The position numbers and the translations under genes are program-made. Below the pieces are notes generated by a model. It searched no databases, was not told where the DNA came from, and saw only the letters and a program-made list of their open reading frames with translations. A stretch of 63,863 nt of DNA, filler included, from Octopus bimaculoides (Eukaryota): NCBI RefSeq assembly GCF_001194135.2. It is 10 parts of 9 records of this genome, joined end to end, with 100 filler letters (N's around TTAATTAATTAA, not from the genome) between each part and the next. Parts side by side here need not be neighbours in the genome. Positions count along the whole stretch, not along the records: positions 9,781 to 15,556 come from NC_068991.1; positions 15,657 to 32,106 come from NC_068983.1; 8 more parts are not named here. One strand, given 5' to 3'. Numbering within the stretch: position 1 is the stretch's first letter; each line of letters starts with the position of its first letter. Of this stretch, positions 13,141 through 26,850 are shown piece by piece.

Positions 13141-14083
13141 GACCTTAGAATTTAAAGGGTAACGAACAAAAGATACTTTTCTTCACCGCCTTAAAACCAA
13201 GTAGATAAACGGTCAACCACATGTATCCATACTTATTATCAGTATAAAATGCATATTAGGAAGAACAGAAATTAAACGATCTCATTGATATTTCAAAAAT
13301 TTCATTATTGTTTTTTCTACAGCTGTTTCGATAACTCACACAACATTATTACCATTTAGATAATATTAATTATATGAACATTAACTGTAGGTATTGAAAT
13401 GATTAAATTAGTTGCAGTGCAACTAATTACACTGGAAAATGTTTCTGAAATATAAAAATCGATACACCGCTGCTGGTATAAAAATAACAGAAAAAATTAT
13501 GAAAAAGAAATATGTTTAGCAATAACATGTGGAGTAAAGGGAAAAAAACATAAATAGACAATGGGAGGAGATTAACAGAAGAAAATAGGCAGACATACAT
13601 ACTGACACGTATGTGTTTGTTTGCATACATACATCTGTCTTTGTGTGTGTGTGTATGTATTTCTTTATATACATATGCGCATATATATAAGTGTATATAT
13701 GTATAGTATGTATGTATGTATACACATACATACATCTCACTGTCTGTTTTTGTAATTTGTTTTGCAATTGATGTGAAGCCATGTGTTGAAACATATGTGT
13801 CTTGGGAGGGTCATTTTGCCAACATAAACACACGTGCAATGCGTGATTTTTTTATTGGCAAAACGACCCTCCCCAAGATACACACACACAAATACACACA
13901 CACACACACACACACATATATATNNNNNNNNNNNNNNNNNNNNNNNNNNNNNNNNNNNNNNNNNNNNNNNNNNNNNNNNNNNNNNNNNNNNNNNNNNNNN
14001 NNNNNNNNNNNNNNNNNNNNNNNNNNNNNNNNTATATATATCGTTGGAAAACAGATTATAGCAGCGACTCCACCTAAGAATAT

Positions 14084-14115
14084 CTGAAGAAGGAATTGTA
14101 TTCCGAAATATCATC
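14084..14115 (+). ncRNA. Degenerate hammerhead-ribozyme-like motif
   Basis: CTGAAGA-A-GGAAT-TGT-ATTCC-GAAA-T-ATC-A-TC; core and stem II present, stem I does not pair. Confidence 0.35.
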
Positions 14116-14504
14116 GGACTATGAATAACTAAATTACAACAAGCATATAGTCCATTTTTTGTATTATAGTACCATTCAAAATTTTTTATTCTTTACACAC
14201 ATATAATTATATATGGACATACACACACACACGCTGAATGTAACCCTGATTGGAAAGAAAAGGAAGATTATCGATATACAATCTTTTCTTTCCCCACTTC
14301 GACCACCCCTTTCCGCAGACACTCTCCCAAAACCCTCTTCTCCCTTTGGCAAACAGGAGTCTAAACATTTTTACGGGTCCAAATATCTCTCAAACATCTT
14401 TGAACCAGTCATAAGTTTGTTGAACTTCAGTTTCACTGGTTTGCGCATCTACTCATTAAAACACAAATACACACAGATGCGAATATAATATACAACAATA
14501 TATA

Positions 14505-14700
14505 TCTCTCTTTTACTCTTTTACTTGTTTCAGTCATTTGACTGCGGCCATGCTGGAGCACCGCCTTTAGTCGAGTAAATCGACCCCAGGACTCATTCTT
14601 TGTAAGCCTAGTACTTATTCTATCTTTACAGGAACGTAAACACACCAGCATCGGTTATCAAGCGATGTTGGGGGGACAAACACAGACACACAAACATACA
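14505..14700 (-). mobile_element. SINE family B 3' half (internally deleted)
   Basis: TTTTACTTGTTTCAGTCATTTGACTGCGGCCATGCTGGAGCACCGCC..AAATCGACCCCAGGAC..CAAGCGATGTTGGGGGGACAAAC. Confidence 0.85.
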
Positions 14701-14701
14701 T

Positions 14702-14732
<31 letters not shown>

Positions 14733-14734
14733 TA

Positions 14735-14905
14735 TGTGTGGCAAGTCGATTAGATCGACACCGAGACCTATTTTATTGACCTCGAAAAGATGAAAGGCAA
14801 GGCTGATCTCGATGGGATCCGAGCGTAGAAAGTAACGAATCGAAAAAAAAAAATGCCGCTAAGCAGTTTGCCGATGCGCTAACCATTCTGCCAAGCTCAC
14901 GCGCC
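14735..14905 (-). mobile_element. SINE family A
   Basis: AAGTCGATTAGATCGAC..GAAAAGATGAAAGGCAAG..CCGCTAAGCA..CTAACCATTCTGCCAAGCTCAC. Confidence 0.7.
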
Positions 14906-15006
14906 TTAATAAAAATGAGAACAACAACAACATCAACAATAACCAGCTCGATCTTTCTTGGAGTAAAATGGATCATTAAAAGAAATTCGTTAGTTTCTTA
15001 AAAGGG

Positions 15007-15165
15007 TCTCTTCTTCTTCTTCTTCTTCTTCTTCTTCTTCTTCTTCTTCTTCTTCTTCTTCTTCTTCTTCTTCTTCTCCTCCTCCTCCTACTCCTTCTCC
15101 TCCTTCTCCTCCTCCTCCTTCTCCTCCTTCTTCTTCTTCTTCTTCTTTTTCTTCTTCTTCTTTCT
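15007..15165. repeat. (CTT)n/(CCT)n polypyrimidine microsatellite
   Basis: Direct reading; source of the poly-R ORF. Confidence 0.95.
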
Positions 15166-15319
15166 TGTTGTTGTTGTTTTGTATATATTTCTGTTTGTTT
15201 TTTTCCTGTTATATTTGAGTTGGTTTCCAAGAAATTCCTATCGAAATTGCACGTAGAATCTTCCTCCCTCCCTCTCTCCCTCCCTTTACAATTTCAATAA
15301 GAATACCGAGATCACATCG

Positions 15320-15383
15320 AATCGGAAGTACTGTCACACCGGAAGTAGTGAATACAAAACGAAGAAACCCAAGGAAGGTACGT
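15320..15383 (+). promoter_or_regulatory. Candidate promoter/first exon: tandem ETS motifs and a splice donor
   Basis: CGGAAGT (15323-15329), CCGGAAGT (15339-15346), then AAG|GTACGT donor (GT at 15378); locally CpG-richer unique sequence. Motif evidence only. Confidence 0.3.
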
Positions 15384-15656
15384 TTCATGGCAAAAAAATA
15401 AAGGAGATTGTCTAAGTTATCGTGACAGCCATGCTTGGACAGCCTAATGGATCTATGGAACGCGATATGGGCCGTGATGACGATGTCCAGAACGGCGATG
15501 CTAACAATGGTAGTGTTGGTGATGATGATGATGAGGAGGAGGAGGAGGAGGAGGAANNNNNNNNNNNNNNNNNNNNNNNNNNNNNNNNNNNNNNNNNNNN
15601 TTAATTAATTAANNNNNNNNNNNNNNNNNNNNNNNNNNNNNNNNNNNNNNNNNNNN

Positions 15657-15698
<42 letters not shown>

Positions 15699-18600
15699 CA
15701 TATATATATATGTGTGTGTGTGTGTGTGCGTGTGTGTGTGTGTGTATACATATTCACATATATGTGTGTATGTATGTATATGCATGTGCCTGCGGGCATT
15801 TTTGCTTCTACATATGCTGTGTATAATTGCGTGTCTTTGTGTGGAAGGAAAACAATGTGGCCGAGAAAAGTTACCAGGTCAAGGAGATGGGATCAATGAA
15901 GCATTCAGCAAAGCAGGAAATTGGCAAAAATTGCACTACTTATAATGCGAATTAGTTTGCCAATCATTTATCATTTTCAAAAACACTTAATGCATATTAG
16001 GTCTTGCTAACCGTTCTATTGACAGAGCGTTAATGATCAACCTTTGGTAACATGGAAACAGTAAATGAGATGTTCTTAAAATGACTATAATCATTTACTT
16101 TTGAAAATGCCTTCTTGCATTCTTTTAGTTGCTAAAATCAAGAGTGCAACTTCATATGTTGGTGACAAACGATCAATTTTCCTTAAATTTGCACCATGTA
16201 TTTTAGTTCCAAAACTTGCTTTCTCAGACTTGCTTTAATGAGAACATATATACACAAACAATATCAAATCGCCTTAAGATCAAATACTGAATATCATTAA
16301 AAAGATTATGGAGCTCAGTATTCAATAATTACAATGTATGGTTGTTTTGGCAACGTTAATACAAATCTGAATAACCTATATTATATTTTCCTTGAATATA
16401 ATATAAAACAACTGTATTTCTGACCTAAATGACCAGATATGACTTATACAATTTACAGAAATTTGAAAGAATGGAAATTTCTATAATGCCTCCTTATTGG
16501 AAATGTGTCTTTCATATATAATAGACTGGTTAAGCTACGCTAGATTTAAATATCCGGTACAAACTGCATGAATCAGATAACAGAAAAATACGAACCGTAT
16601 GTAAAATGTTTAAAGGACAGAGTTAGAATAGTCGTTCAATATAATATTAGAAGATGTGTAGTACACGCAAATTAAAGAAAGTGCAAATAATGTAAGATTA
16701 TTCGGAAGTAGTATAACGGATTTTAACCAATTGTTTGCCCAATCGTGCCAGCCATGGCATTATATAGATGTATTCTATATTACCTGTATGAGCATAAAAG
16801 CATAGTTTATATCATTCCTTTTCGATTTTTATGCAAGGCCATTTATACATCTAGCAAACTACATTATAAGTTTATTTACAATTGTTTACTATAATGATTG
16901 GGTTTGAAATTAAAAACCACATTTTAATTTCATCTTACACTACAGTAAACAATGTTCTTTTTTTCTTTTTCTGCTTTAATATAAAATAACAACTGTAGTC
17001 GAGGTTCAATTAAAGTCATTATTTCCAGCAACACGATAAAACATAAATACCTTACTGTCACAGGATTTGTCACGGGGTTAATATCGCTGATATCCATTCA
17101 TTGTATTCACAAATATAACGAGAAGAGAAGATAGTTGATAAACTAAATAGCACGTTCAATGCAGTTAGCTAATACAATGCACTTAAATAGTAAACTTCTG
17201 GACAAACTGTGTCCTGGAATACAGAATGGTTCAAACAATTGAGTAGATTGGTTACATGCCTTTGTTTAATATTAGAGATTACTATGTAACTGACAAAGTC
17301 ATAAACTAGGTTGCTATAACTTCTTCTGGAAGAAGTAAGGAAGTAAATTATTCATAAAGGTTTAAAAATATAGATGTGGAACCAAAGACAAAATATTTCA
17401 CCTACCCTTGGTTTACACATTTCTATGACCATCCATAGCAAGACTTGAACTAATTATCATTACCAAGGGTCTGTATTGTTCGGTTTATATCGGGAATGTA
17501 ACTTCGCTCTCACTAACTGAGTGATTATTCTCACACATTTATGAATATTTAAAGAATTGAAAACAAGTTTTGAAAATGGTATTAATACATCAATATTTTA
17601 TGCTCTGCTATGCGATGCATTCCATAGTTAATATTTTCATATATGTTTTACATAAACCTCTTCTATTGAATCAAGAATTAAAAAAAAAATTACGAGTGAA
17701 TAATTAAATTTACTTGACCGTTTCAAAGTGTTACTTATGCAGTAAGGAACAGATTTTCTCTCTCAAGCCATGTGATATTAGCCGAACAACGAAATCTGTT
17801 GAAAGGTCAAGCTAAATTCATACTACTACATAATCTGAGAATGGACAAGAATGCAGGAAAAGTTCAATTTTAAGATTTTAATTATTATAAATGAATTGTA
17901 GAATGTCAGTAGCGTTGGAATTAGACTGAAATTAAATGTTTGCAGTACAAAGTAGCAAAATAACAGAATGTCAATCAGAATATAATTAATCAGCCTCAGA
18001 ATAAGAAAAATAGTGCGCTAGTTAAAATAGAATTAATGACCTAAAAATGGCAAGAACAATAAAATCTTATTTGAAATATGATTTAGGTGTACAGCAGGAA
18101 ACACTAGGTTGAGCGTTTGTTGAAAGCAGCATATGTGAGGTAGAGTTTCACACACTAAATAGAACCTAGGTTGTCATATAACTAATTCATTTACGTAAAA
18201 CCATTTATTTTCGAAGTTCAGCTGCTTGTGTTTCTTATTTTAAAAGTTCATCAGATATGTAGGAATGTCCAACAGAATTCATTTTAACCAATTCACCTTT
18301 CTTTAAAGCGTATGACCTTGTGAAGTATAAGAAATTCAGAAATAACCATGAACGTTGTCAGTTTACAGGGTAGTACATTTCGTTTTGTCAGAAACTGACA
18401 CTAGAATATTCTATAAAATATAACGTGCTCCCCAGGTTTCTTGGCGCTCTACATTGCGTGCATCAATTTTATTGTGATACTACTTGAAACTATAGTTTTA
18501 AAATCATATATTATCGATGTCATATATATTTCTGTCAGGGGGCACGACGCTCAGTAATATGTTTATTACTGTTATTAGAGTTTTGTATAAATCCATATTT

Positions 18601-20663
18601 CCTGCGAGAGTAAATGTACCCAGTTTGGTAATAAGAAACGATTTCCGTAGAACAGCATGAAATTCTAACTGGCGCTTGATAATAATGAAATAATCATAAA
18701 CATTTTGTGTATAATTCCATTATTTACTAAAGAGAAACACTTCATTAAACTCCATTTAAATTTAAGGTATTCAAAGTAACCACGGAATCATCATATGATC
18801 GGTTGTTTAAGAAATTTTTTCTCAGGTTTTCTCAAGTCATAATCCGAGGATTTGCGATATGCGTTAAGTACTCTATTGATGTCTCTAGTTAATTAGAGGA
18901 AGGTAAGGATAATGGTATGTATCGTAGGGCGGTTACAGCCTAAAATCAACATCAGCAAAAAGCAACATATTTTTTTTATATTTTTATATTTTGTATTTCA
19001 TGGAATACAGCCCAAAGAGATAATCTACGTTGTCTATGATTTAACTCACTTCCAATTTTGACTGCAAATATAGAGACTCTCATGGAATATGTTTCAATGA
19101 TAAGGAAAAGTTTTTAGCTTCTAAACCAGCTTTATTTCATATATGTGCAGGAGGCATGAATACAATACTCTATATAGATTACCAAGTTTTCACAATCTCT
19201 GTACTGTCATACAAATGTGTAAGTGAAAAAATATTTCACGCATTGATACCTACCTCTGAGGGAAAGGCCGATTCTATCAAGCATATTGCATCTATAAACC
19301 ACTTTTACGTCCCGGAAAACATTGGCAAAAGCTGAACATGTTACCAGTGAGCTAAATACATCGTGTCACGTAGTCACTTTACCGACTCTATGTGTATATC
19401 CGGTAATCTAAATGAATTCGACAGGAGAAACCGATTATATATTTGCACCAACTCTGGATAAACTCAATAGTAAACAGGAAAAAATGGCGGAAACAAATGA
19501 AACAATAAAACAAGAAAACAAATACAAAATTTATTAAAAAATAAGAAGGAAAACAGAAAAATAAACAACAAAAGAAATATTGATTTCAGAAACATTAATA
19601 TTAGCATTACTGTGTGCACAGTATTGCTCACATATCGATTCTTGCTATATTGAACACACAGAGACTAATACATCAGATTGAATTATAAGAACGCAGGAGA
19701 TATTCGATCATAACAAACAGAATGAACAGGATGAGTTAAATATACGCCACTGACTCGCTATTTGCCTTCTTCCTGTCTGAAATGAATACAATGCTGAGAT
19801 ATTATGAACGTAATAAATAGAGAGATTTGTAATGAATTGTATGCGCTTTCAAAACTGATTTACTGATTTCTATGTTTCAGACCTCAGTGGAGAGAAAATA
19901 AACACAAAACGTACTAAAATAAAGAAAAAATAGCAAGCAAAATGACTATTGTATCCAGATACATTTTGAAAATATTTTCGGATATGAGCGCTAACAAATT
20001 CATTTCTACGAAATATAGTTCTGGCATTTTAAGTACAATATCATTCACAAAAGGTATTTCACAGTATTACTCTCATTGTTATTATTAGAATTAGCGGCCC
20101 AGAATCATTTTACATTGTAACGTATCCTATTTCAATCTGAATAATAAAAAGCCTAATTTAACACATAAATGCTATTGAATGCAACGGGCGAATATAATAC
20201 TTACTTATGTAAATACAATTGGAGAGAAATGGCTGTTCTCAGACAATGTATGGCAGTGTATATATGCATACACATATGTGTGTACATGTATGTGTGTCTG
20301 TGTGTGAGAGTGTGTGTGCATGTGTGTGTGTTTATATAGGTATATATAAGTGCATTAAGTGCGTGTGTTGTGTGCGTACATATTGTTATGCACCTATTCG
20401 TCTATTTACTCGGTGGGAAGAATCGTTGACTAAGAACGTGATATGGCATCATCAAAAGATTTCCTGATCACACAAATATTAACCGATTCCTCATAACTTC
20501 TTTCGTTCCCTCTATATTGAAAACTCTTTTTATCTCTAGCAATAACAACCAAACTTTCATTATTTAATATGCATGGATTTGTTACGCTTTTATATATATG
20601 CATACATATGTGTATGTTTATATGTACATAAATATATGCATGTATACACACACACATACACAC

Positions 20664-20705
<42 letters not shown>

Positions 20706-21883
20706 NNNNNNNNNNNNNNNNNNNNNNNNNNNNNNNNNNNNNNNNNNNNNNNNNNNNNNNNNNNNNNNNNNNNNNNNNNNNNNNNNNNNNNNNNNNNNNN
20801 NNNNNNNNNNNNNNNNNNNNNNNNNNNNNNNNNNNNNNNNNNNNNNNNNNNNNNNNNNNNNNNNNNNNNNNNNNNNNNNNNNNNNNNNNNNNNNNNNNNN
20901 NNNNNNNNNNNNNNNNNNNNNNNNNNNNNNNNNNNNNNNNNNNNNNNNNNNNNNNNNNNNNNNNNNNNNNNNNNNNNNNNNNNNNNNNNNNNNNNNNNNN
21001 NNNNNNNNNNNNNNNNNNNNNNNNNNNNNNNNNNNNNNNNNNNNNNNNNNNNNNNNNNNNNNNNNNNNNNNNNNNNNNNNNNNNNNNNNNNNNNNNNNNN
21101 NNNNNNNNNNNNNNNNNNNNNNNNNNNNNNNNNNNNNNNNNNNNNNNNNNNNNNNNNNNNNNNNNNNNNNNNNNNNNNNNNNNNNNNNNNNNNNNNNNNA
21201 TATATGCACATATATATCCATTTATATCATCTGATTAAGCGTGCATATATGGTGTGTTTGTTTGTATTAGCTATAGCATTATTGAATTGTTCTACCCATC
21301 TAGTGTATCTAGTGTTTGGAGGCCCAAGCACGTAAATATTTATGAGTAGCCTGGAACCAAAGTTCATTTAACCACTCCTTAACTTGTAACCTGGCTACCT
21401 CATTCTTCTTCTACTCACAATACTCCCAACTCCACGTATTTATCTATTAGATTCCATAAAAGTATCTGTGTATCAATTTCTGCGGGGCATTCAACAGTTC
21501 AGAAATCTTAACCTGCCACTTTAGTCATTGACCTAACACTCTTCAATTTACTGTTTGGAAACCATAAATTTACACATAAATTCCTTACTGTACGCACTTA
21601 GATTTGCAACCTTATACGGTTATAAGATTATCCTTCAAGCAGCATCAAATTCACCTCTACATATTGAAAATCTGTGTTGCTATAGTGGAGCCAAATGTAC
21701 GAATTGAACAATGATACAATATAAAATTTAATGATACCTAATTATACATTATGATACATTGTTAATGAAATACTGTTCATTACATGTGCGCGTGTATTTG
21801 TGTCTCAGTTGTGTATAGAATTCTACGTATGTGCGACTCCGGTGGTTTATATACTTACAAACACCCACACACACACACACGCC

Positions 21884-21924
<41 letters not shown>

Positions 21925-22004
21925 ACACACGCTCATATGCACGTGCATTGGAGGCTCTTTTTTTTAATGTATGGTTATATTATATGAAATATCCTTTTTT
22001 TAGT

Positions 22005-22340
22005 TGTTTGAGCTTTTAGACTGCGGTCATGCAGAAGAATTTTATTCCAACGAATTTACCCAAATATCTTTCATTTCTTTTTAAGCGTGATACTAATTCT
22101 ATCTATCTCTTCGGCCGAACAACTACATTATGGGGCGTAAACACACCCACGCCGGTTGAAAAGCGGTGGTGCTGGTGGTGGAGGACAAACACAGGGAAAG
22201 AGACACAAATATCTGTGTGGTAAGAAGTTTGCTTCCCATCCACATTTTCCGAGTTTAGTCCCACTGCATGGCACTCTGTAAGGCTTCCATTATAGCGTTG
22301 GGCCGACCAAACACTTGTGAATAGATTTAGTGGACGGAAA
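22005..22340. mobile_element. Two SINE family B fragments in opposite orientation
   Basis: 22005-22195 minus (GACTGCGGTCATGC..TTCGGCCGAAC..GGGGCGTAAACAC); 22213-22340 plus (TGTGTGGTAAGAAG..AGTCCCACTGC..GACGGAAACTGA). Confidence 0.75.
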
Positions 22341-23461
22341 CTGATAGAAGCCCATCGTATANNNNNNNNNNNNNNNNNNNNNNNNNNNNNNNNNNNNNNN
22401 NNNNNNNNNNNNNNNNNNNNNNNNNNNNNNNNNNNNNNNNNNNNNNNNNNNNNNNNNNNNNNNNNNNNNNNNNNNNNNNNNNNNNNNNNNNNNNNNNNNN
22501 NNNNNNNNNNNNNNNNNNNNNNNNNNNNNNNNNNNNNNNNNNNNNNNNNNNNNNNNNNNNNNNNNNNNNNNNNNNNNNNNNNNNNNNNNNNNNNNNNNNN
22601 NNNNNNNNNNNNNNNNNNNNNNNNNNNNNNNNNNNNNNNNNNNNNNNNNNNNNNNNNNNNNNNNNNNNNNNNNNNNNNNNNNNNNNNNNNNNNNNNNNNN
22701 NNNNNNNNNNNNNNNNNNNNNNNNNNNNNNNNNNNNNNNNNNNNNNNNNNNNNNNNNNNNNNNNNNNNNNNNNNNNNNNNNNNNNNNNNNNNNNNNNNNN
22801 NNNNNNNNNNNNNNACAAGTTGCCTTGTTTGCTTTACATGCAATATCATTGTTTTCTGTTATTCAACTGGAAAATCCAAATGCTGTGCGCGTTGCTGAGT
22901 AAAGCTTCCAAACTCGACAAGGTTGAAACAACCAGTGATTTTCGCAAATCTCTTTAGGATGCCGTTTGAAAGGAATGTGTGGGCAGTGGAAAACATCCAG
23001 AAGGTTGAGTCCTGAAAGTGAAATAAATTTGCTATACAAAAACATCGTTATTAATTGTTATTCATTATCCTGAAAATATTACATTTACTTTAATCCTATT
23101 GTGGATTCCCCCCCCCCATTATTTGTAAATATAATACGTCTAATCTTATACGGAAACGTTTAGCTACTTGTCCCTATGTGTAGATGTATATATCTATACA
23201 TGTAAAAGAGAGTGTGTATGTGCGTATGTTGCTTATATATTCGAAAACTAAATTGCCGATTGTGACATATGTGATACCAAATCACGTAGTAATCTTTTGG
23301 CAATCAAAATGACTTTCATTTCATTTACATATTGTCTACGTTATCTCAATAACCAGCTTTAGTTATTTGAAAGACACTGCTCTACAACAACCAGATTTCA
23401 TTAGAAAGTGAAAATAGCTTCCATTATCAATAAAGAAAACTGTTTCTCATCTATCTATATA

Positions 23462-24300
23462 TCGGGGTAATCCTATAAGTAATGCGGGTTGTTGTTTTCT
23501 ATTGCATGAACTAAAAGTCGATGAGTAACAGGATAAACTACCTGCATCAGCTTGTAAATTTTGAAGAGTAGAGTTCGATTTTAACAATTTTTTTTCAAAG
23601 CTATAATGGAAGCGACAAAGGAGCATAATCGGCATATTTGCTTTATAAGTTGAATGAAGGGAACAACGCAACGAAAGCGCATGGAATATTAATGCAGTAT
23701 ATAGGGATAGTACATTAAGTGTAAGCCAGTCTCAATGGTGGCTCCAGAAATTGCGAGCCAGAAACTACAGCCTAGAAGACGAGCCTCGTCCAGAAAGATC
23801 TATAGAGTTCGATGAGAACGTTCTGAAAACTATGCTGGAAAAATATCCCAACGTAACTGTTGAAGAACAAGCGGAGAAATTTGAACTTGGTCTTTCAAAC
23901 AGTCATTGTTTTCAATGCTAGAAGAAAATCGACCATCTTTGGTTTCAAGATGGATGGTATTCTTTTTAAGGATAATGATCGGCCACATACAGCAAACATG
24001 ACATTCCACAGGCTGGAGCACTTTGAATGAGAACCAATGCCCCACCTTCGATATTCGCCGGATATTGTCCCACCTGATTATCATTTATTCCGCAGACAAG
24101 GTCAGAACAGTTAACGAAGGTGAATTATTCGTCACTAACATGTGAATTTTGGAAGAGGGGCTTTGCACGTCTATCCGATAGATGGAAGAGCATTTATAGA
24201 AAATGAAGGTGAGTATATTTTAGATTTAAAAAGCACTTTCTTTATCTTAATTTTGAAAAGTATAAAATAAAGTATTAAAATCTACATTATTTATGCACAT
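23462..24300 (+). mobile_element. Decayed, internally deleted mariner (Mos1/SETMAR-like) transposon
   Basis: Fragments read KEHNRHI..SLEDEPRPERSIEFDENVLKTMLEK.PNVTVEE, then DNDRPHTA and YSPDIVPPDYHLFR, and L.DRWK..IENEGEY; TIR-like GGGGTAATCCTATAAGTAATGCGG at the left end. Confidence 0.85.
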
Positions 24301-25911
24301 ATTTTTTTTTAAAGGAAATTTATGAACCCATCTGATCGAGTTGACTACTTTGCTGCTCTAAGCAAAAGAATGCCATAAAATAACCTCCTTTGGCACACAC
24401 ACGCATACCGTAAAACCTCTGTACAAATTATGTTTCTTGCAGTGGGTGAAAGCGCAGATTGACAGCTCAAATCCAGTTGAAATTACCTTTTTCTATTCTG
24501 TAATTTGTATTTCTGATGAGCGTATTTAAAAAGCTTATCTTCGGTTTATACTTAAACAGAAGTTTTCCCAGACATCTCGTCCTTTACTTGTTGTTTCTAG
24601 CGTCTCCAGTGTCAAATTTGTTCCGCCCACTTTATTTATTCCGAAATTTCTTCCGTTTCCTGTTTTCGATACAGGAAATTAGAATTTCGCCCAAAAAACG
24701 TTTTCAATATTTATATCTTTTCCTTCCCCACTCCAATTTTTTTCATTTTTACTTTTTTCCCTATTTTTTTTTTTTCTTCGAAATCCACTGAGAATAGAAA
24801 AAAGAGTATGAATCTTTAGTTATTTACTTCTTCATTTTTTTCCTATAGAAACACTAAAATCTTATAGAAACACTCAAACATCTACCTATCCCCTCTCCAC
24901 TTTCAAAAAGCTGAAAACTCCCAATGTTTCACCTTTAGCTTTTTGGAAATTGGGGCAGTTTCTTCAGACATAATGTCGCATACTTGTTGTTTCTAGCATG
25001 TAGAATTTTCTGGTGGTGGTCTGGTATTTTTACATCTGCTATTTCAATACAATTCTAAGCATGCGTGAAACATCAGACGGAACTGAAGCATTGGGAGGTT
25101 TTAGCCTTATTGAAGCGGGTATGTGATGGGTGGTCGAGGTGGGGGACGGAACATTGAATGCTGCTTTCAGAAAACTTAAACTTAAAAATAATATACTCCC
25201 GGATTCGTATCGTGGGTAAAACAAAATCGAAAAAGAGTTACAAATTAATGAACTGTTGTGGGGACGGGGGAAAATTAAAATTTTGAAAGTATAATTCCTG
25301 CGCAAAATCATATCAAACACCTTTTATATGATTAAACAATACATACTTTGTTATGCTTCTTAAGAACAGAAAGCACTTTCATGCAAACTCATGCAAATTG
25401 CATCCCCTTTACTCTTAAAGAAAGAATAATTTCCATTACGCCAGTAATCCAGTTCCTAATATAGCAGCAGTGCCAATTCTGGCCATAAGAAAAGAACACA
25501 ATATAAAATGTGGCAATACCCATGCAACGCCGGGATTCGATGTTAGTGTACACACATACGCACACACACATACACACACACACACACACACTCCTACACA
25601 CACACACATACACACACACACACACACAAAATAAGTAATATTACTCAAAAGAAATGGTGCATAAGTCGACTTATTCGACAAAAAATTCTGCGCGTACATG
25701 CATACGCCATGGACGCTGTCAAGTGAGTGTAAAAAAGATAAATGATAAAAAATAGGAATGAGGTGAAAAGTATTTGCCTTCTTGGGATTTTTGGGAGTGT
25801 TCTTCTTGGATTTCCATTGTCATTTCGTATCTATGTATGTGGGTGCATGTGTATACACACATATACACACAAGGGTGTGAAGGGTAAATTGTCGCCATAC
25901 TATATTATAAA

Positions 25912-26850
25912 CTAGCCTAAATATCCGGCGTTGCTAGGAAGCTTGAAGAATGTTAAAGAAAGTAAATATATGTATTTTGACAAAAAATATATTTTCAGAA
26001 ACGTTTTATGAGATAACGAGGATATAAAGAGTTATTAAAGCAAATCCTGAAATCCATTGCAGCTTAATCTTGTAGAACTTCTAAATATACAATGTTTTCA
26101 GCGTCTTCTTTATTTGGGGTACAAAGGAAAATAATTTTAGGACTTCTAACTCACGCATATCTTACATATAATTGCCCATGAAGGAAGGAAGGAAGGAGGA
26201 GTAAGGTTAAGTCCAACACCCTTGATAGACAGTCCTTGAGATTTGTTTATCGATGTAGCAAAACTTAGTTTCACTAGTAGCTTGAAAGGGGAAGTCAGAT
26301 GGAAATAACAGGATTCGTGACATGAAGACATCCTCACCTTTATATTTCCCAGTGATAATTGCTGCTTCTAGGACATGAAGCTGCATCAATTTCACCACAA
26401 GGCGAGGTGGATCCAGATTCCTGAGCAGCATGATTGGGTCTCACTTTTAAAGTGTTTAGTTTTGTGGTAGCATCCCACATGGTTGTAGAGAGTTCAGGAA
26501 CTCAGTTTAGAAACAACTACATCTTGGTCCTGATCAATGACAGTGTCGCTGGATTTGAAACACAATTTTTGTACTGGCAACAGCTGCAGGAGATCCCAAC
26601 TGATTTTGTCGACAGTATCATTACGTGGAGCGAATATGTCTCGTTCACACACCCACTGACTATTGCTAAAGTTTTGTGTAATGTTTGGAAACACGTGTAT
26701 TTTGAGATGATTGTCAGTTAGTACTATCCTACTATATGGTAGCTTGTGTTGCCGTTGCAATTCTCCACGTAAATGATAGCAAAGAGTATATTAAAATGAA
26801 ATTAGAATCCTGGTTTAGTAACAGTCCAATCAAGTTTAGTAAAGCTTTGA
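25912..26850 (-). mobile_element. Helitron remnant: PIF1-like helicase C-terminus and 3' end
   Basis: Broken frames: CERDIFAPRNDTVD..FKSSDTVIDQD; MLLRNLDPPRL..HVLEAAIITGKYKGEDVFMSRI; FATSINKSQG. 3' terminus GCAACGCCGG..CTAG|T (CTAG at 25912-25915). Confidence 0.9.

Noticed and set aside
22860-23045. Tc1/mariner SPDLNP-like trace (SGLNLLD) and a CR1-like trace at 20430-20570
   Set aside because: Single weak motifs, insufficient to call.
24515-24970. CTGATGA (24515) and CTGAAGA (24964, minus) words, plus others at 202, 4928, 7493, 18247, 40282 and 45702
   Set aside because: No correctly spaced GAAA/stem/NUH arrangement; several lie in LINE or SINE sequence.
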